From: an uncultured Acidaminobacter sp.
Lineage (GTDB): Bacteria; Bacillota; Clostridia; Peptostreptococcales; Acidaminobacteraceae
DNA length: 64,000 bases
NCBI GenBank assembly: GCA_963678925.1
Contig: OY787533.1
Coordinates: 994,174 to 1,058,173 of the forward strand
Direction: 5' to 3'
Part shown: in pieces, positions 22,793 through 30,683 of the stretch
Numbering within the stretch: position 1 is the stretch's first letter
Layout: each line of letters starts with the position of its first letter
The notes under the pieces: generated by a model
The model's input: only the letters and a program-made list of their open reading frames with translations
Told to the model about the DNA's origin: nothing
Database searches by the model: none
Made by a program: the position numbers and the translations under genes

Positions 22793-23104
22793 GGGCACAA
22801 CAGGCCTCTAGCTTTTTCGACTAGTTTCTTGGTTTTATTAGAAATGCCAGAGCAACCTGCGGCTGCTCATGTCGCGTAACGCGCCATATATTGAAGTAGG
22901 AGTGAATCACCTGTTTTGTGCTGGGCACAACAGGCCTCTAGCTTTTTCGACCGGCTGCTTGGTTAGATTCGAAATGCCAGAGCAACCTGCGGTTGCTCAT
23001 GTCGCGTAACGCGCCATATATTGAAGCAGGAGTGAATCACCTGTTCTGTGCTGGGCACAACAGGTGATTCACTCCTACTTCAATGCATTTCTTTGTTTTT
23101 CGCG
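22793..23104 (+). repeat. Structured intergenic repeat family, locus A (two 130-bp tandem units plus closing arm)
   Basis: GGGCACAACAGG recurs at 22793, 22923 and 23053 (period 130, hand-counted). Units are near-identical. The final unit closes a ~25-bp hairpin TTGAAGCAGGAGTGAATCACCTGTT / AACAGGTGATTCACTCCTACTTCAA. Confidence 0.8.
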
Positions 23105-23105
23105 T

Positions 23106-23160
23106 AAAAAAAAAGCAATCAACAAATTTCGATGGTCAGTCGAGGTGTTTGTGTGATTGC
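23106..23160 (-). terminator. Second terminator of the orphan cobalamin-riboswitch transcription unit
   Basis: Minus strand: GCAAUCACACAAA...UUUGUUGAUUGC followed by nine U. Confidence 0.55.
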
Positions 23161-23266
23161 AAACGCTTTATTACGTGTTGTATTTTTGTCCCTAGGTGAG
23201 AGTATTAAAGCCGATTAGCGGAGGATGCCAATGCGGGATTTGATGTGGGACGCAATACCTTATGCG

Positions 23267-23299
23267 TAAAAAAGCCTTCCTCAAATACTGAGGAAGGCT
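23267..23299 (-). terminator. Cobalamin riboswitch expression-platform terminator
   Basis: Minus strand: AGCCUUCCUCA-GUAUU-UGAGGAAGGCU followed by UUUUUU. Confidence 0.8.
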
Positions 23300-23365
23300 G
23301 AACTTGTAAACTAAACTGTTGTTTACAATACACCTATCCACGTAGGTTTGAGTACTTTGTTCTCA

Positions 23366-23492
23366 GGCAGGTCTCCTGGCTTAGGTTCATAGCTTTTCTC
23401 CCCTTCCCGGCTTAGAGCCAGTGGATTTTGAAAAAAACTCCCCATTACAGTGGCGGGACCGCGTCGGAATTAAACCGAACTTCCCTATTAAG
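23366..23492 (-). promoter_or_regulatory. Cobalamin (B12) riboswitch with no downstream ORF
   Basis: Minus-strand RNA: AAUAGGGAAGUUCGGUUUAAUUCCGACGCGGUCCCGCCACUGUAAUGGGG...CCACUGG...GGGAAGGGG...AGCCAGGAGACCUGCC. The B12 box GCCACUG and all conserved blocks are present. Confidence 0.9.
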
Positions 23493-23536
23493 TCAAATGT
23501 TGACACCTGTAAACACATGTTATGGACTTCTCATTT

Positions 23537-23565
23537 ATTGTAACCACTACATCTTGTATTGTCAA
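23537..23565 (-). promoter_or_regulatory. Sigma-70/SigA-type promoter for the orphan riboswitch unit
   Basis: Minus strand: TTGACA-17 nt-TACAAT, about 40 nt upstream of the aptamer. Confidence 0.55.
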
Positions 23566-23589
23566 TAGGTTAAGCTATATTTTACCAGC

Positions 23590-25338
23590 TTATGCCTTCG
23601 TGTGGGGGTGTTCATGTATGCATAAGTCGACGAACTCGAAATTCACAACATCAAAAAGCCCCACATCTGTCAGCTTTAGCTCTGGTATAACTGGAAGCGC
23701 CAGAAATGCCAACAGCATAAATGGATCGATTTCCCGGTTCACACCAATGTCATAGGCACAGGCCATTAGAACCTCATGCTTGTCATCCATATCACTCAGC
23801 GGCTCATCTGACATGATTCCGGCGACCTGAAGCGGCAATGCGCCTGCAACCTCACCGTCTTTGATGACGACCAGCCCGCCACCAATCTCTTCAATGGCTC
23901 GTGCTGCAGCGGCTATGTTCTCATCTGTATCTCCGATGATAATCAGATTGTGGGAATCATGGGCAACCGTAGAGGCAATGGCTCCGTTTTTAAGTTCAAA
24001 TCCTTCCACCAGTCCCAATCCTACGTTCCCAGTCGCCTTATGCCGCTCAATGACTGCGAGCTTTAGAATATCCAGTTCCTTGACATACTCAAACTTGCCC
24101 TCCTTCATGCCCACCTTACGTGTAACATGCTCAGTCACAAGGGACTTCGGCATAATTTTCATGACACGGGCGATGTCCGACTCCATATGGAGTTCGAGGC
24201 TTGATTTATCAAATTTTCCAATGTTGATGGTATTCCTAACTCGGGGATCATCCAACGTTTGCACCTCAAAGAGCGCCTTGCCGCCGTCTGCAACTAACTT
24301 GCCCTTCTTGAACACCTTTTGCACCTCAAAGGTTCTTAAGTTGTCAATGACAATCAGATCGGCCAAATATCCAGGGGCTATCGCTCCTCTGTCATACAGC
24401 CTGTAGCACTCTGCGGCGTTGAGTGTTGCCATTCTAATGGCCGAAAGTGCCGGCAGCCCGCACTCCATGGCAAGACGCACATTGTTATCAATATGCCCAT
24501 CCTTAAGTATATCGCCAGGGTGCCTGTCATCCGTACAGAACAAGCATCTGCGCAGGTTCTCCTTCGAGACACCTTCCACCAGTGTCGTCAAATTGCGCGC
24601 TGCAGAGCCCTCCCTGATGAGAATGTACATGCCAAGTCGAAGCCTGTTAAGCATCTCTTCCACAGTTTCACATTCATGTTCGGTCCGCACCCCTGCAGAA
24701 ACATAGGCATTCAGTTCCGTTCCCGCAATAATCGGTCCGTGGCCATCGATTATTTTCCCGTGTTTCTCAGCCAGGTTGATTTTGTCAACAACTCTGTCAG
24801 CCCCGGATATAACTGCGGGATAATCCATCAATTCTCCCAGACCAAGCACACGGGGATGGTTCATCAACCTGGACAAATCCGCCGCATTCAAGACTGCACC
24901 AGCATTTTCAAAATCAGTAGATGGCACACAGGAAGGCAGCATGACAAAGACGTCCATGGGAATATCCTCGCTTGCTTTAAGTATATAGTCTATACCATCC
25001 ATGCCGCATACATTGGCAACTTCATGGGGATCAGCAATGATGGTCGTTGTGCCTCTTGGAACAATAGCCCTTGAAAACTGTTCAGGGGTTGCCATGGATG
25101 ATTCAATGTGTACGTGACCGTCTATAAGACCCGGTGCAACATATTTGCCTTCCAAGTCAATGATCTCTTCACCCTCATAGGTACCGCCTACACCAGCAAT
25201 TCTTCCGTCTACAACAGCAATATCACCACTCATGATTTCTTCGGTGAAGACATTGATAATTTTTGCACCTCTGAGAACCACGTCCGCTTTCTCACGTCCC
25301 GCAGACACCGCAATTCGCCTTTTGATTTCTTCTCTCAT
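23590..25338 (-). CDS. Adenine deaminase-family amidohydrolase, paralog 1
   Basis: ORF 23590..25437. Start placed at MREEIKRRIAV after AAGGGGGA. Metal-binding GLIDGHVHIESSM and Ade-type C-terminal domain. Confidence 0.85.
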   Translation of the reverse strand: MREEIKRRIAVSAGREKADVVLRGAKIINVFTEEIMSGDIAVVDGRIAGVGGTYEGEEIIDLEGKYVAPGLIDGHVHIESSMATPEQFSRAIVPRGTTTIIADPHEVANVCGMDGIDYILKASEDIPMDVFVMLPSCVPSTDFENAGAVLNAADLSRLMNHPRVLGLGELMDYPAVISGADRVVDKINLAEKHGKIIDGHGPIIAGTELNAYVSAGVRTEHECETVEEMLNRLRLGMYILIREGSAARNLTTLVEGVSKENLRRCLFCTDDRHPGDILKDGHIDNNVRLAMECGLPALSAIRMATLNAAECYRLYDRGAIAPGYLADLIVIDNLRTFEVQKVFKKGKLVADGGKALFEVQTLDDPRVRNTINIGKFDKSSLELHMESDIARVMKIMPKSLVTEHVTRKVGMKEGKFEYVKELDILKLAVIERHKATGNVGLGLVEGFELKNGAIASTVAHDSHNLIIIGDTDENIAAAARAIEEIGGGLVVIKDGEVAGALPLQVAGIMSDEPLSDMDDKHEVLMACAYDIGVNREIDPFMLLAFLALPVIPELKLTDVGLFDVVNFEFVDLCIHEHPHTKA

Positions 25339-25357
25339 ATTTTCCCCCTTGTACGCC

Positions 25358-26359
25358 CTAGAGAAATGTCTTGCCTGATTTTTCAATGGCTTTGAGTACC
25401 CGTTCCGGTGTTGCCGGCACTTCAAGAATCCGGACACCTATGGCGTCATATATCGCGTTGAGTATTGCCGGTGCGACAGGTACCATGACTGGTTCTCCAA
25501 TCCCTTTGGCCCCAAATGGCGCTGTAGATTCCGGCTCTTCAATAAGTTCCTTCTGAATTTCAGGTATATCCATGGATGTCGGGATAATGTATTTTGCAAA
25601 CTTGTTGTTTTTTATCGCACCCTGATCCACATTCAAGTCTTCATAAAGCGCATAGCCAAGTCCCATGACAAAACCGCCGTCAATCTGTCCCTCAACAAGC
25701 TCCGGATTAATCGCACGACCGACATCCTGGACGCAATAGGCTTTTGTAACATGTACCCTTCCCGTATCTGTGTCGACATCGACTTCCACGCCATATGCAT
25801 TAAAGGTGTATGGCCAGTACGGCGCACCAAGGCCCGTTTCGGGGTCCATTTGCGTCGTCTGGGCAATAAATTCCTCCGTTACGCTGAGTACTTCGTCCTC
25901 TTTTTCAAGACGGGTGGCCACAGCTTCAAGTGTCGTTCTCTTTTCAGGCAGCATTTCAAGCCAGATTTCCCCGCCAGCCGTTTTCAGACCAACTGAGGAG
26001 TTCAGCCCCATTTGCACCGCAGCATGCCTGAAGAGTTCCTCCTTAAAGGCCTTTGCTGCTTTAAGCACTGCATTTCCTGTATTGTAGGTCTGACGACTTG
26101 CAGCAGCGGTGCCTGAATCCCTGAAGGTATCGGTATCTTCACTGAGCATAACGACCTCGGCAGGGTCGATTTCGAAAACCTCTGCACACATTTGCGGCAT
26201 AATGGTTTTTGCCCCCTGTCCAACCTCGGTTGCACCCACACGTAAAATGATTTCACCGCTAGGACCCAGTTCAACCGTGGCTATGGAAACATCCGGAAAT
26301 CCGTTTCCATAACCCGTTCCATACCAACCAAGCGCAATGCCCTTTCCATGCTTAATCAT
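25358..26359 (-). CDS. Xanthine-dehydrogenase-family molybdopterin subunit, C-terminal half (NdhM-like medium subunit)
   Basis: ORF 25358..26368. Aldehyde oxidase/XDH Mo-binding C-terminal region (GQGAKT..., FGAKGIGEP). The ATG at 26359 overlaps the upstream stop as ATGATTAA. Confidence 0.85.
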   Translation of the reverse strand: MIKHGKGIALGWYGTGYGNGFPDVSIATVELGPSGEIILRVGATEVGQGAKTIMPQMCAEVFEIDPAEVVMLSEDTDTFRDSGTAAASRQTYNTGNAVLKAAKAFKEELFRHAAVQMGLNSSVGLKTAGGEIWLEMLPEKRTTLEAVATRLEKEDEVLSVTEEFIAQTTQMDPETGLGAPYWPYTFNAYGVEVDVDTDTGRVHVTKAYCVQDVGRAINPELVEGQIDGGFVMGLGYALYEDLNVDQGAIKNNKFAKYIIPTSMDIPEIQKELIEEPESTAPFGAKGIGEPVMVPVAPAILNAIYDAIGVRILEVPATPERVLKAIEKSGKTFL

Positions 26360-27614
26360 CCGTCCCACCGCCTTCCATCATCTTTTGAAGCGCATCCAGA
26401 CAGCGGATGAGCGGCACGCTTTCCGTAAGAACCTGTCCATTGGGTGTCATCGAACCCACCTTCATGCAGTTGATACGCCGGATTTCAAATGGGTCCATCC
26501 CAAGTTCAGCCGCCACACAGTCGATCTGCTGCTCATAGGCGATTGGCACCTGGGTTGCACCAAATCCGCGCATGGCACCGCAAAATGGATTGTTTGTATA
26601 AACAGCTATACTGTCCACTTTCACATTGGGGATTTCGTAGGGGCCTGGTACATGGACGCCGGCTTTTCTGAGCACATTGATTGCCCATGACGCATATGCA
26701 CCCGTATCACCGACTATGTAAGCCTCTGTCGCAATTATTTTTCCATCACGGCTTGCGCCAGTCTTCATTTTCATCGAGAGCGGATGTCTTTTCGAATGTG
26801 CATAGAAGGACTCCTCCCTGGAATAGGTGACCTTGACAGGACGCCCAGTAAGCAGGGTGGCAAGTCCGAGATGTATTTGCATGGTGATGTCTTCCCGTCC
26901 GCCGAAAGCACCGCCTACAATCGGATTTCTAATGATGACGCCGTCCTCTTCAAGGCCAAGGGCTTCGGCAACCTCAACACGGTCAAAATGCGGATATTGA
27001 GAAGACGCCACGATTACCAGCTTGTCCTCTTCCATATAGGACAAGCCACTCTCAAGCTGCAGAAAGACATGGTCTACAAAGGGTGAATAATAGGTGTTTT
27101 CAATAACCACATCGGCCTTTTCAAACGCCGCATCAACGTCCCCTCTTCTGCATTTATAGTGATAAATAATATTGGAAACATTATCATGCACCTGTACAGC
27201 GTCTGGCTTCATTGCCTCAAGAGGATCAAAAAGGGCAGGAAGCACTTCATACTCAATCTTGACCTTTTGTGCTGCAAGCTGTGCCTCTTCCTCCGTCTCT
27301 GCCACCACAAAAGCTATGGGGTCCCCAATGCGTCTGACTTTCTTTTCACAGAGGACTTCGTGGTCTTTGAACAAGACCCCGTGGTGGTTCATCACTGTAA
27401 CATCCTGTGCGGTGATGACTTTCAGCACACCAGGCATTTGCTCAGCCGCTGACGTGTCACAGGTAAAATAGGCGTGGGCCTTATCTGAACGCACCGTATG
27501 GCCATAGGCCATCCCCTCCATCTTCATGTCCTGAGGATACAGCGCCTGACCTGTCAGTTTGTCAACAGCGTCCTTTCTTCTATACCGTTTCCCAACGGTT
27601 TTGAATGTCGCCAT
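26352..27614 (-). CDS. Xanthine-dehydrogenase-family molybdopterin subunit, N-terminal half (NdhL-like large subunit)
   Basis: 420 aa. Has the a/b-hammerhead N-terminus (KDAVDKLTGQALYPQD) and the first Mo-cofactor binding region (GGAFGGRED). Confidence 0.85.
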   Translation of the reverse strand: MATFKTVGKRYRRKDAVDKLTGQALYPQDMKMEGMAYGHTVRSDKAHAYFTCDTSAAEQMPGVLKVITAQDVTVMNHHGVLFKDHEVLCEKKVRRIGDPIAFVVAETEEEAQLAAQKVKIEYEVLPALFDPLEAMKPDAVQVHDNVSNIIYHYKCRRGDVDAAFEKADVVIENTYYSPFVDHVFLQLESGLSYMEEDKLVIVASSQYPHFDRVEVAEALGLEEDGVIIRNPIVGGAFGGREDITMQIHLGLATLLTGRPVKVTYSREESFYAHSKRHPLSMKMKTGASRDGKIIATEAYIVGDTGAYASWAINVLRKAGVHVPGPYEIPNVKVDSIAVYTNNPFCGAMRGFGATQVPIAYEQQIDCVAAELGMDPFEIRRINCMKVGSMTPNGQVLTESVPLIRCLDALQKMMEGGGTDD

Positions 27615-27615
27615 T

Positions 27616-28104
27616 TTACGCCTCCTCGCTTGACTTCGAGTTTTTCTTCATTTCAGCAGCCAGCTTGACAGATGAAAGAATTTTGTCATATCCCGTACAT
27701 CTGCAGAGATTTCCTGAAATCGCCTGCTTTATATCGTCTTCACTTGGATTGTCATTTTTATCGAGAAGGGCTTTCGACGAAAGCACCATACCGGGTATGC
27801 AGAATCCGCACTGTACTGCGCCATTGTCTAGAAATGCCTGCTGAACCGGATCGAGTGCCTCCTCGCTTCCAAGACCTTCAATGGTTACAACATGCTTTTC
27901 ATGGCACTGCGCCGCAAGAACCAGACAGGAATCAACAGCACGCCCCTCCAAAATAACCGTACATGCGCCACATTCCCCTTCTCCACAGCCTTCCTTTGTG
28001 CCTGTAAGACCCAAGTCTTCACGCAGGAAATCAAGGAGGCGTAGGCCTGGTTGAATTTCCCTTTCAATCCAATCTCCGTTTACATTTATTTTAAGGCTGA
28101 ACAT
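27616..28104 (-). CDS. Xanthine-dehydrogenase-family [2Fe-2S] subunit
   Basis: ORF 27616..28119. Cysteine motifs GCGEGECGACTV, CGFCIPG and CRCTGY. Start probably at MFSLKINVNGD, 8 nt after GGAGG. Confidence 0.92.
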   Translation of the reverse strand: MFSLKINVNGDWIEREIQPGLRLLDFLREDLGLTGTKEGCGEGECGACTVILEGRAVDSCLVLAAQCHEKHVVTIEGLGSEEALDPVQQAFLDNGAVQCGFCIPGMVLSSKALLDKNDNPSEDDIKQAISGNLCRCTGYDKILSSVKLAAEMKKNSKSSEEA

Positions 28105-28984
28105 TTTTTGCGCCTCCATTCTCCCTAAGGTCTACAATTTTGAAGAGCACATTTTTTATAACACCACGTATGGCCTGCTTCTTATACGGCATAGAACTCC
28201 GACCGCTGAGCCGTTTCTCGATTTCAGCCTCGAAGGCATCGGCTGCCTTTTCAATCAGTGCAGTGTTTAAAAGTTCTCCTTCCAGCAAGGCTTCAAGTTC
28301 GTACTCCCGTGTCGGCGTCAGTCCAATGGAGCCGGATCCTATTCTGCAACACTTTATGTTGCGCTCATTATCAAGCTCGACATAGGCCGAGGCACTGATT
28401 CTAGAAATAGCCAGCGCATTTCTAAGGCCCAGTTTTTCAAAAGCCAGCAAACCACCAGCCTGGTCTATGTCTCGGAACCGAATATGCGTGATCATTTCCG
28501 TTGGTCTCAGGTCAACACGCCCTTTTCCCAAGTAAAATTCAGATAAGGGCACTTGACGTTTTCCATCTGCACATTCCAGCATAACTTCCGCATCCAGTGC
28601 AAGCAGCGGTGGTGCACTGTCAGCTGCAGGAGATCCATTCGCAATATTCCCGCCCAGTGTGGCGGCATTTCTTATTTGCGGGGACCCTACACTCTTGCAG
28701 GCCTCCCACAAACCTTGACAGGTGCTGCGGATTGTTTCATTTTCTACCACTTCAGAAAAAGTCACAAGACCACCTATCGTGACATATCCATCTTGAATTC
28801 GTATGGCCTTGAGTTCACGAACACTTGATATGTCTATAACCGCAGGGCATGTATTCTTCCCTTCTCTTACATGCACGAGTAGGTCTGTGCATCCAGCAGC
28901 AATTTGCGCCTTCTTGCCATACCTATTTAAGAGCTGTAGTGCTTCATCTACTGATGTCGCACGATAAAAATTCTCTATTTTCAT
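28091..28984 (-). CDS. Xanthine-dehydrogenase-family FAD-binding subunit
   Basis: 297 aa. FAD_binding_5/CO-dehydrogenase flavoprotein pattern (AAGCTDLLV, ATLGGNIANGSPAADS). Confidence 0.88.
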   Translation of the reverse strand: MKIENFYRATSVDEALQLLNRYGKKAQIAAGCTDLLVHVREGKNTCPAVIDISSVRELKAIRIQDGYVTIGGLVTFSEVVENETIRSTCQGLWEACKSVGSPQIRNAATLGGNIANGSPAADSAPPLLALDAEVMLECADGKRQVPLSEFYLGKGRVDLRPTEMITHIRFRDIDQAGGLLAFEKLGLRNALAISRISASAYVELDNERNIKCCRIGSGSIGLTPTREYELEALLEGELLNTALIEKAADAFEAEIEKRLSGRSSMPYKKQAIRGVIKNVLFKIVDLRENGGAKNVQP

Positions 28985-29212
28985 TGAAGCCCCCTATCGT
29001 CCCTAGTGAATTTAAAACTTAATGCCAAAATCAAAGAGCGCCCTCTTTGTTTGCCGCATTAAGCTTCAACGACTGTCCCAATCGTCAAATCGAACGAATA
29101 TTAAATATTTTCTGATAATATTCGTCGCACTTATATACAATTTGAGCCCCTACGAAATGTAGAGGCTCAATATGTTTATTTTTTCATTTCCCTAATACAC
29201 ATTCAAATTCCA

Positions 29213-30529
29213 CTATTTCACAATCAGCGGAAGAATTAGCTTAAGCGCGAACAGGAAGGCAATGAAGAACGTCATTTTCGGTACTTCTTTTGAACGACCT
29301 GTAAATAGTTTCAGAAGAATGTAAGACATGATGCCCCACATGATACCTTCTGCAATGGAGTAAGCAAGTGGCATCATGATGATTCCAAAGAATGCTGGAA
29401 TTGATTCTGTAAAATCATCAAAATCAATTTCCTTGATTGGCGACATCATGAATAGACCTACAAGAATAAGCGCTGGCGCTGTTGCAGCTGAAGGAATAAT
29501 TCCAAACAGTGGTGCAAAGAACAGTGCCAGGAAGAAGAATACAGCTGTAGTAACAGCAGTAAGACCTGTACGTCCACCTTCTGCAACCCCTGCAGCAGAC
29601 TCTACGAAAGTCGTTACTGTTGATGTACCCAGACAAGCACCTACTGTCGTACCAACGGCATCGGCAAAGAGTGCTTTTTTAGCTTCTGGAAGCTTTCCTT
29701 CTTCATCGAGCATACCTGCTTTTGTAGAAACACCAATCAGTGTGCCAACTGTATCGAACATATCTACAAAGAGGAATGTGAAAAGAATGAAGATAAAATC
29801 AAACGAACCAACGTTTGACCATTCAAACGCGAACCAGATTGGTTTCGGTGGCATTGACACCAGCGATTCTGGAAGCTGAACAATACCGAATGGAATACCA
29901 ACGATTGTTGTAGCAACTATACCGATAAAGAGTGCTCCTTTAACGTCCATTGCCAGCAGAACACCCGTAAGAATGATACCGATGATCGCTACAAGTGGCG
30001 CGCCGCTTGTAATTTCACCTAGAGCCAGTGGAACACCAGCGCCCTGGACGATGATGCCTGCATTGTACAGACCGATGAAAGCGATAAACAGACCAATACC
30101 AACCGATATTGCGCGTTTGAGATTCAGCGGAATACAATTAAGTATGGCTTCGCGGATATTTAAGAATGTCAGGATTAGGAAAATAATACCTTCAACGAAT
30201 ACTGCTGTAAGTGCGAACTGCCAAGTATATCCCATACCAAGAACGACTGTAAATGCGAAGAATGCATTAAGCCCCATACCTGGTGCAAGTGCAAAAGGCA
30301 GGTTAGCGTATAGCCCCATTACAAGTGTTGCAACAACAGATGCCAGAGCTGTCGCAGTAAATACTGAACCAAAGTCCATTCCCGTTGCAGAAAGCATGCC
30401 CGGGTTAACTGCAAGTATGTATCCCATCGTCATGAAAGTCGTCAAGCCAGCAATAATCTCTGTGCTTGCATTCGTACCATGTTCCTTGAGCTTAAAGAAC
30501 TTTTCAAGGAAACCTGCTTGATTAGTCAT
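29213..30529 (-). CDS. NCS2/AzgA-type purine (adenine/guanine/hypoxanthine) permease
   Basis: ORF 29213..30601. Start placed at MTNQAGFLEKFFKLKEHGTNASTEIIAGLTTFMTMGYILAVNP, the typical N-terminus of this family. Confidence 0.88.
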   Translation of the reverse strand: MTNQAGFLEKFFKLKEHGTNASTEIIAGLTTFMTMGYILAVNPGMLSATGMDFGSVFTATALASVVATLVMGLYANLPFALAPGMGLNAFFAFTVVLGMGYTWQFALTAVFVEGIIFLILTFLNIREAILNCIPLNLKRAISVGIGLFIAFIGLYNAGIIVQGAGVPLALGEITSGAPLVAIIGIILTGVLLAMDVKGALFIGIVATTIVGIPFGIVQLPESLVSMPPKPIWFAFEWSNVGSFDFIFILFTFLFVDMFDTVGTLIGVSTKAGMLDEEGKLPEAKKALFADAVGTTVGACLGTSTVTTFVESAAGVAEGGRTGLTAVTTAVFFFLALFFAPLFGIIPSAATAPALILVGLFMMSPIKEIDFDDFTESIPAFFGIIMMPLAYSIAEGIMWGIMSYILLKLFTGRSKEVPKMTFFIAFLFALKLILPLIVK

Positions 30530-30683
30530 TAAATGACCCCCTGTTTTTCTTTGAGTCTCCGTCCCCCTGCGTCCAAGACCTGTCCTCCTTTCTTTATTCA
30601 ATTTGACGGAAGTATGTCCAATCCATTCTAACGCCTACACTACACCTTTGTAAATGGAGATTTCGGGATTTAAACAACTTTAA

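Noticed and set aside
23161-23266. ANTAR-type dual hexaloop hairpins in the extension downstream of the orphan B12 riboswitch, by analogy with EutX/Rli55.
   Set aside because: Only one weak hairpin with an AAGGUA loop, closed by a U-U mismatch, could be drawn. No second hairpin fits, and no ANTAR-domain regulator is encoded in the window. The sRNA analogy is kept as a hypothesis only.
23226-23270. A tiny + strand ORF (MPMRDLMWDAIPYA) with a GGAGG just upstream, inside the riboswitch read-through region.
   Set aside because: It is only 12-14 codons with no conservation evidence available. It lies antisense to a well-defined minus-strand transcription unit. It is noted only as something ribosome profiling could test.
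23522-23755. ORF-track entries overlapping riboswitch, promoter or repeat sequence: 23522-23755, 57413-57679, 57453-57662, 57478-57720 and 57727-57918.
   Set aside because: They coincide with high-confidence cobalamin riboswitch aptamers, the riboswitch promoter or the structured repeat family. They have no RBS and no protein-like features.
25358-27614. The XDH molybdopterin subunit read as a frameshifted pseudogene.
   Set aside because: The junction is an ATGATTAA start/stop overlap with an upstream purine-rich RBS-like stretch, and the split falls in the inter-domain linker. A known enzyme family (E. barkeri nicotinate dehydrogenase NdhL/NdhM) has the same split. It is treated as two functional genes, pending comparison with orthologues.
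28985-29090. A purine riboswitch in front of the XDH genes or the permease (also checked at 30530-30683).
   Set aside because: There is no UAUAAU junction or conserved GAGUUUCUAC-like P2-P3 segments on the minus strand. Only a small hairpin (CAAAGAG-GGCG-CUCUUUG) and the inverted-repeat operator candidate were found.
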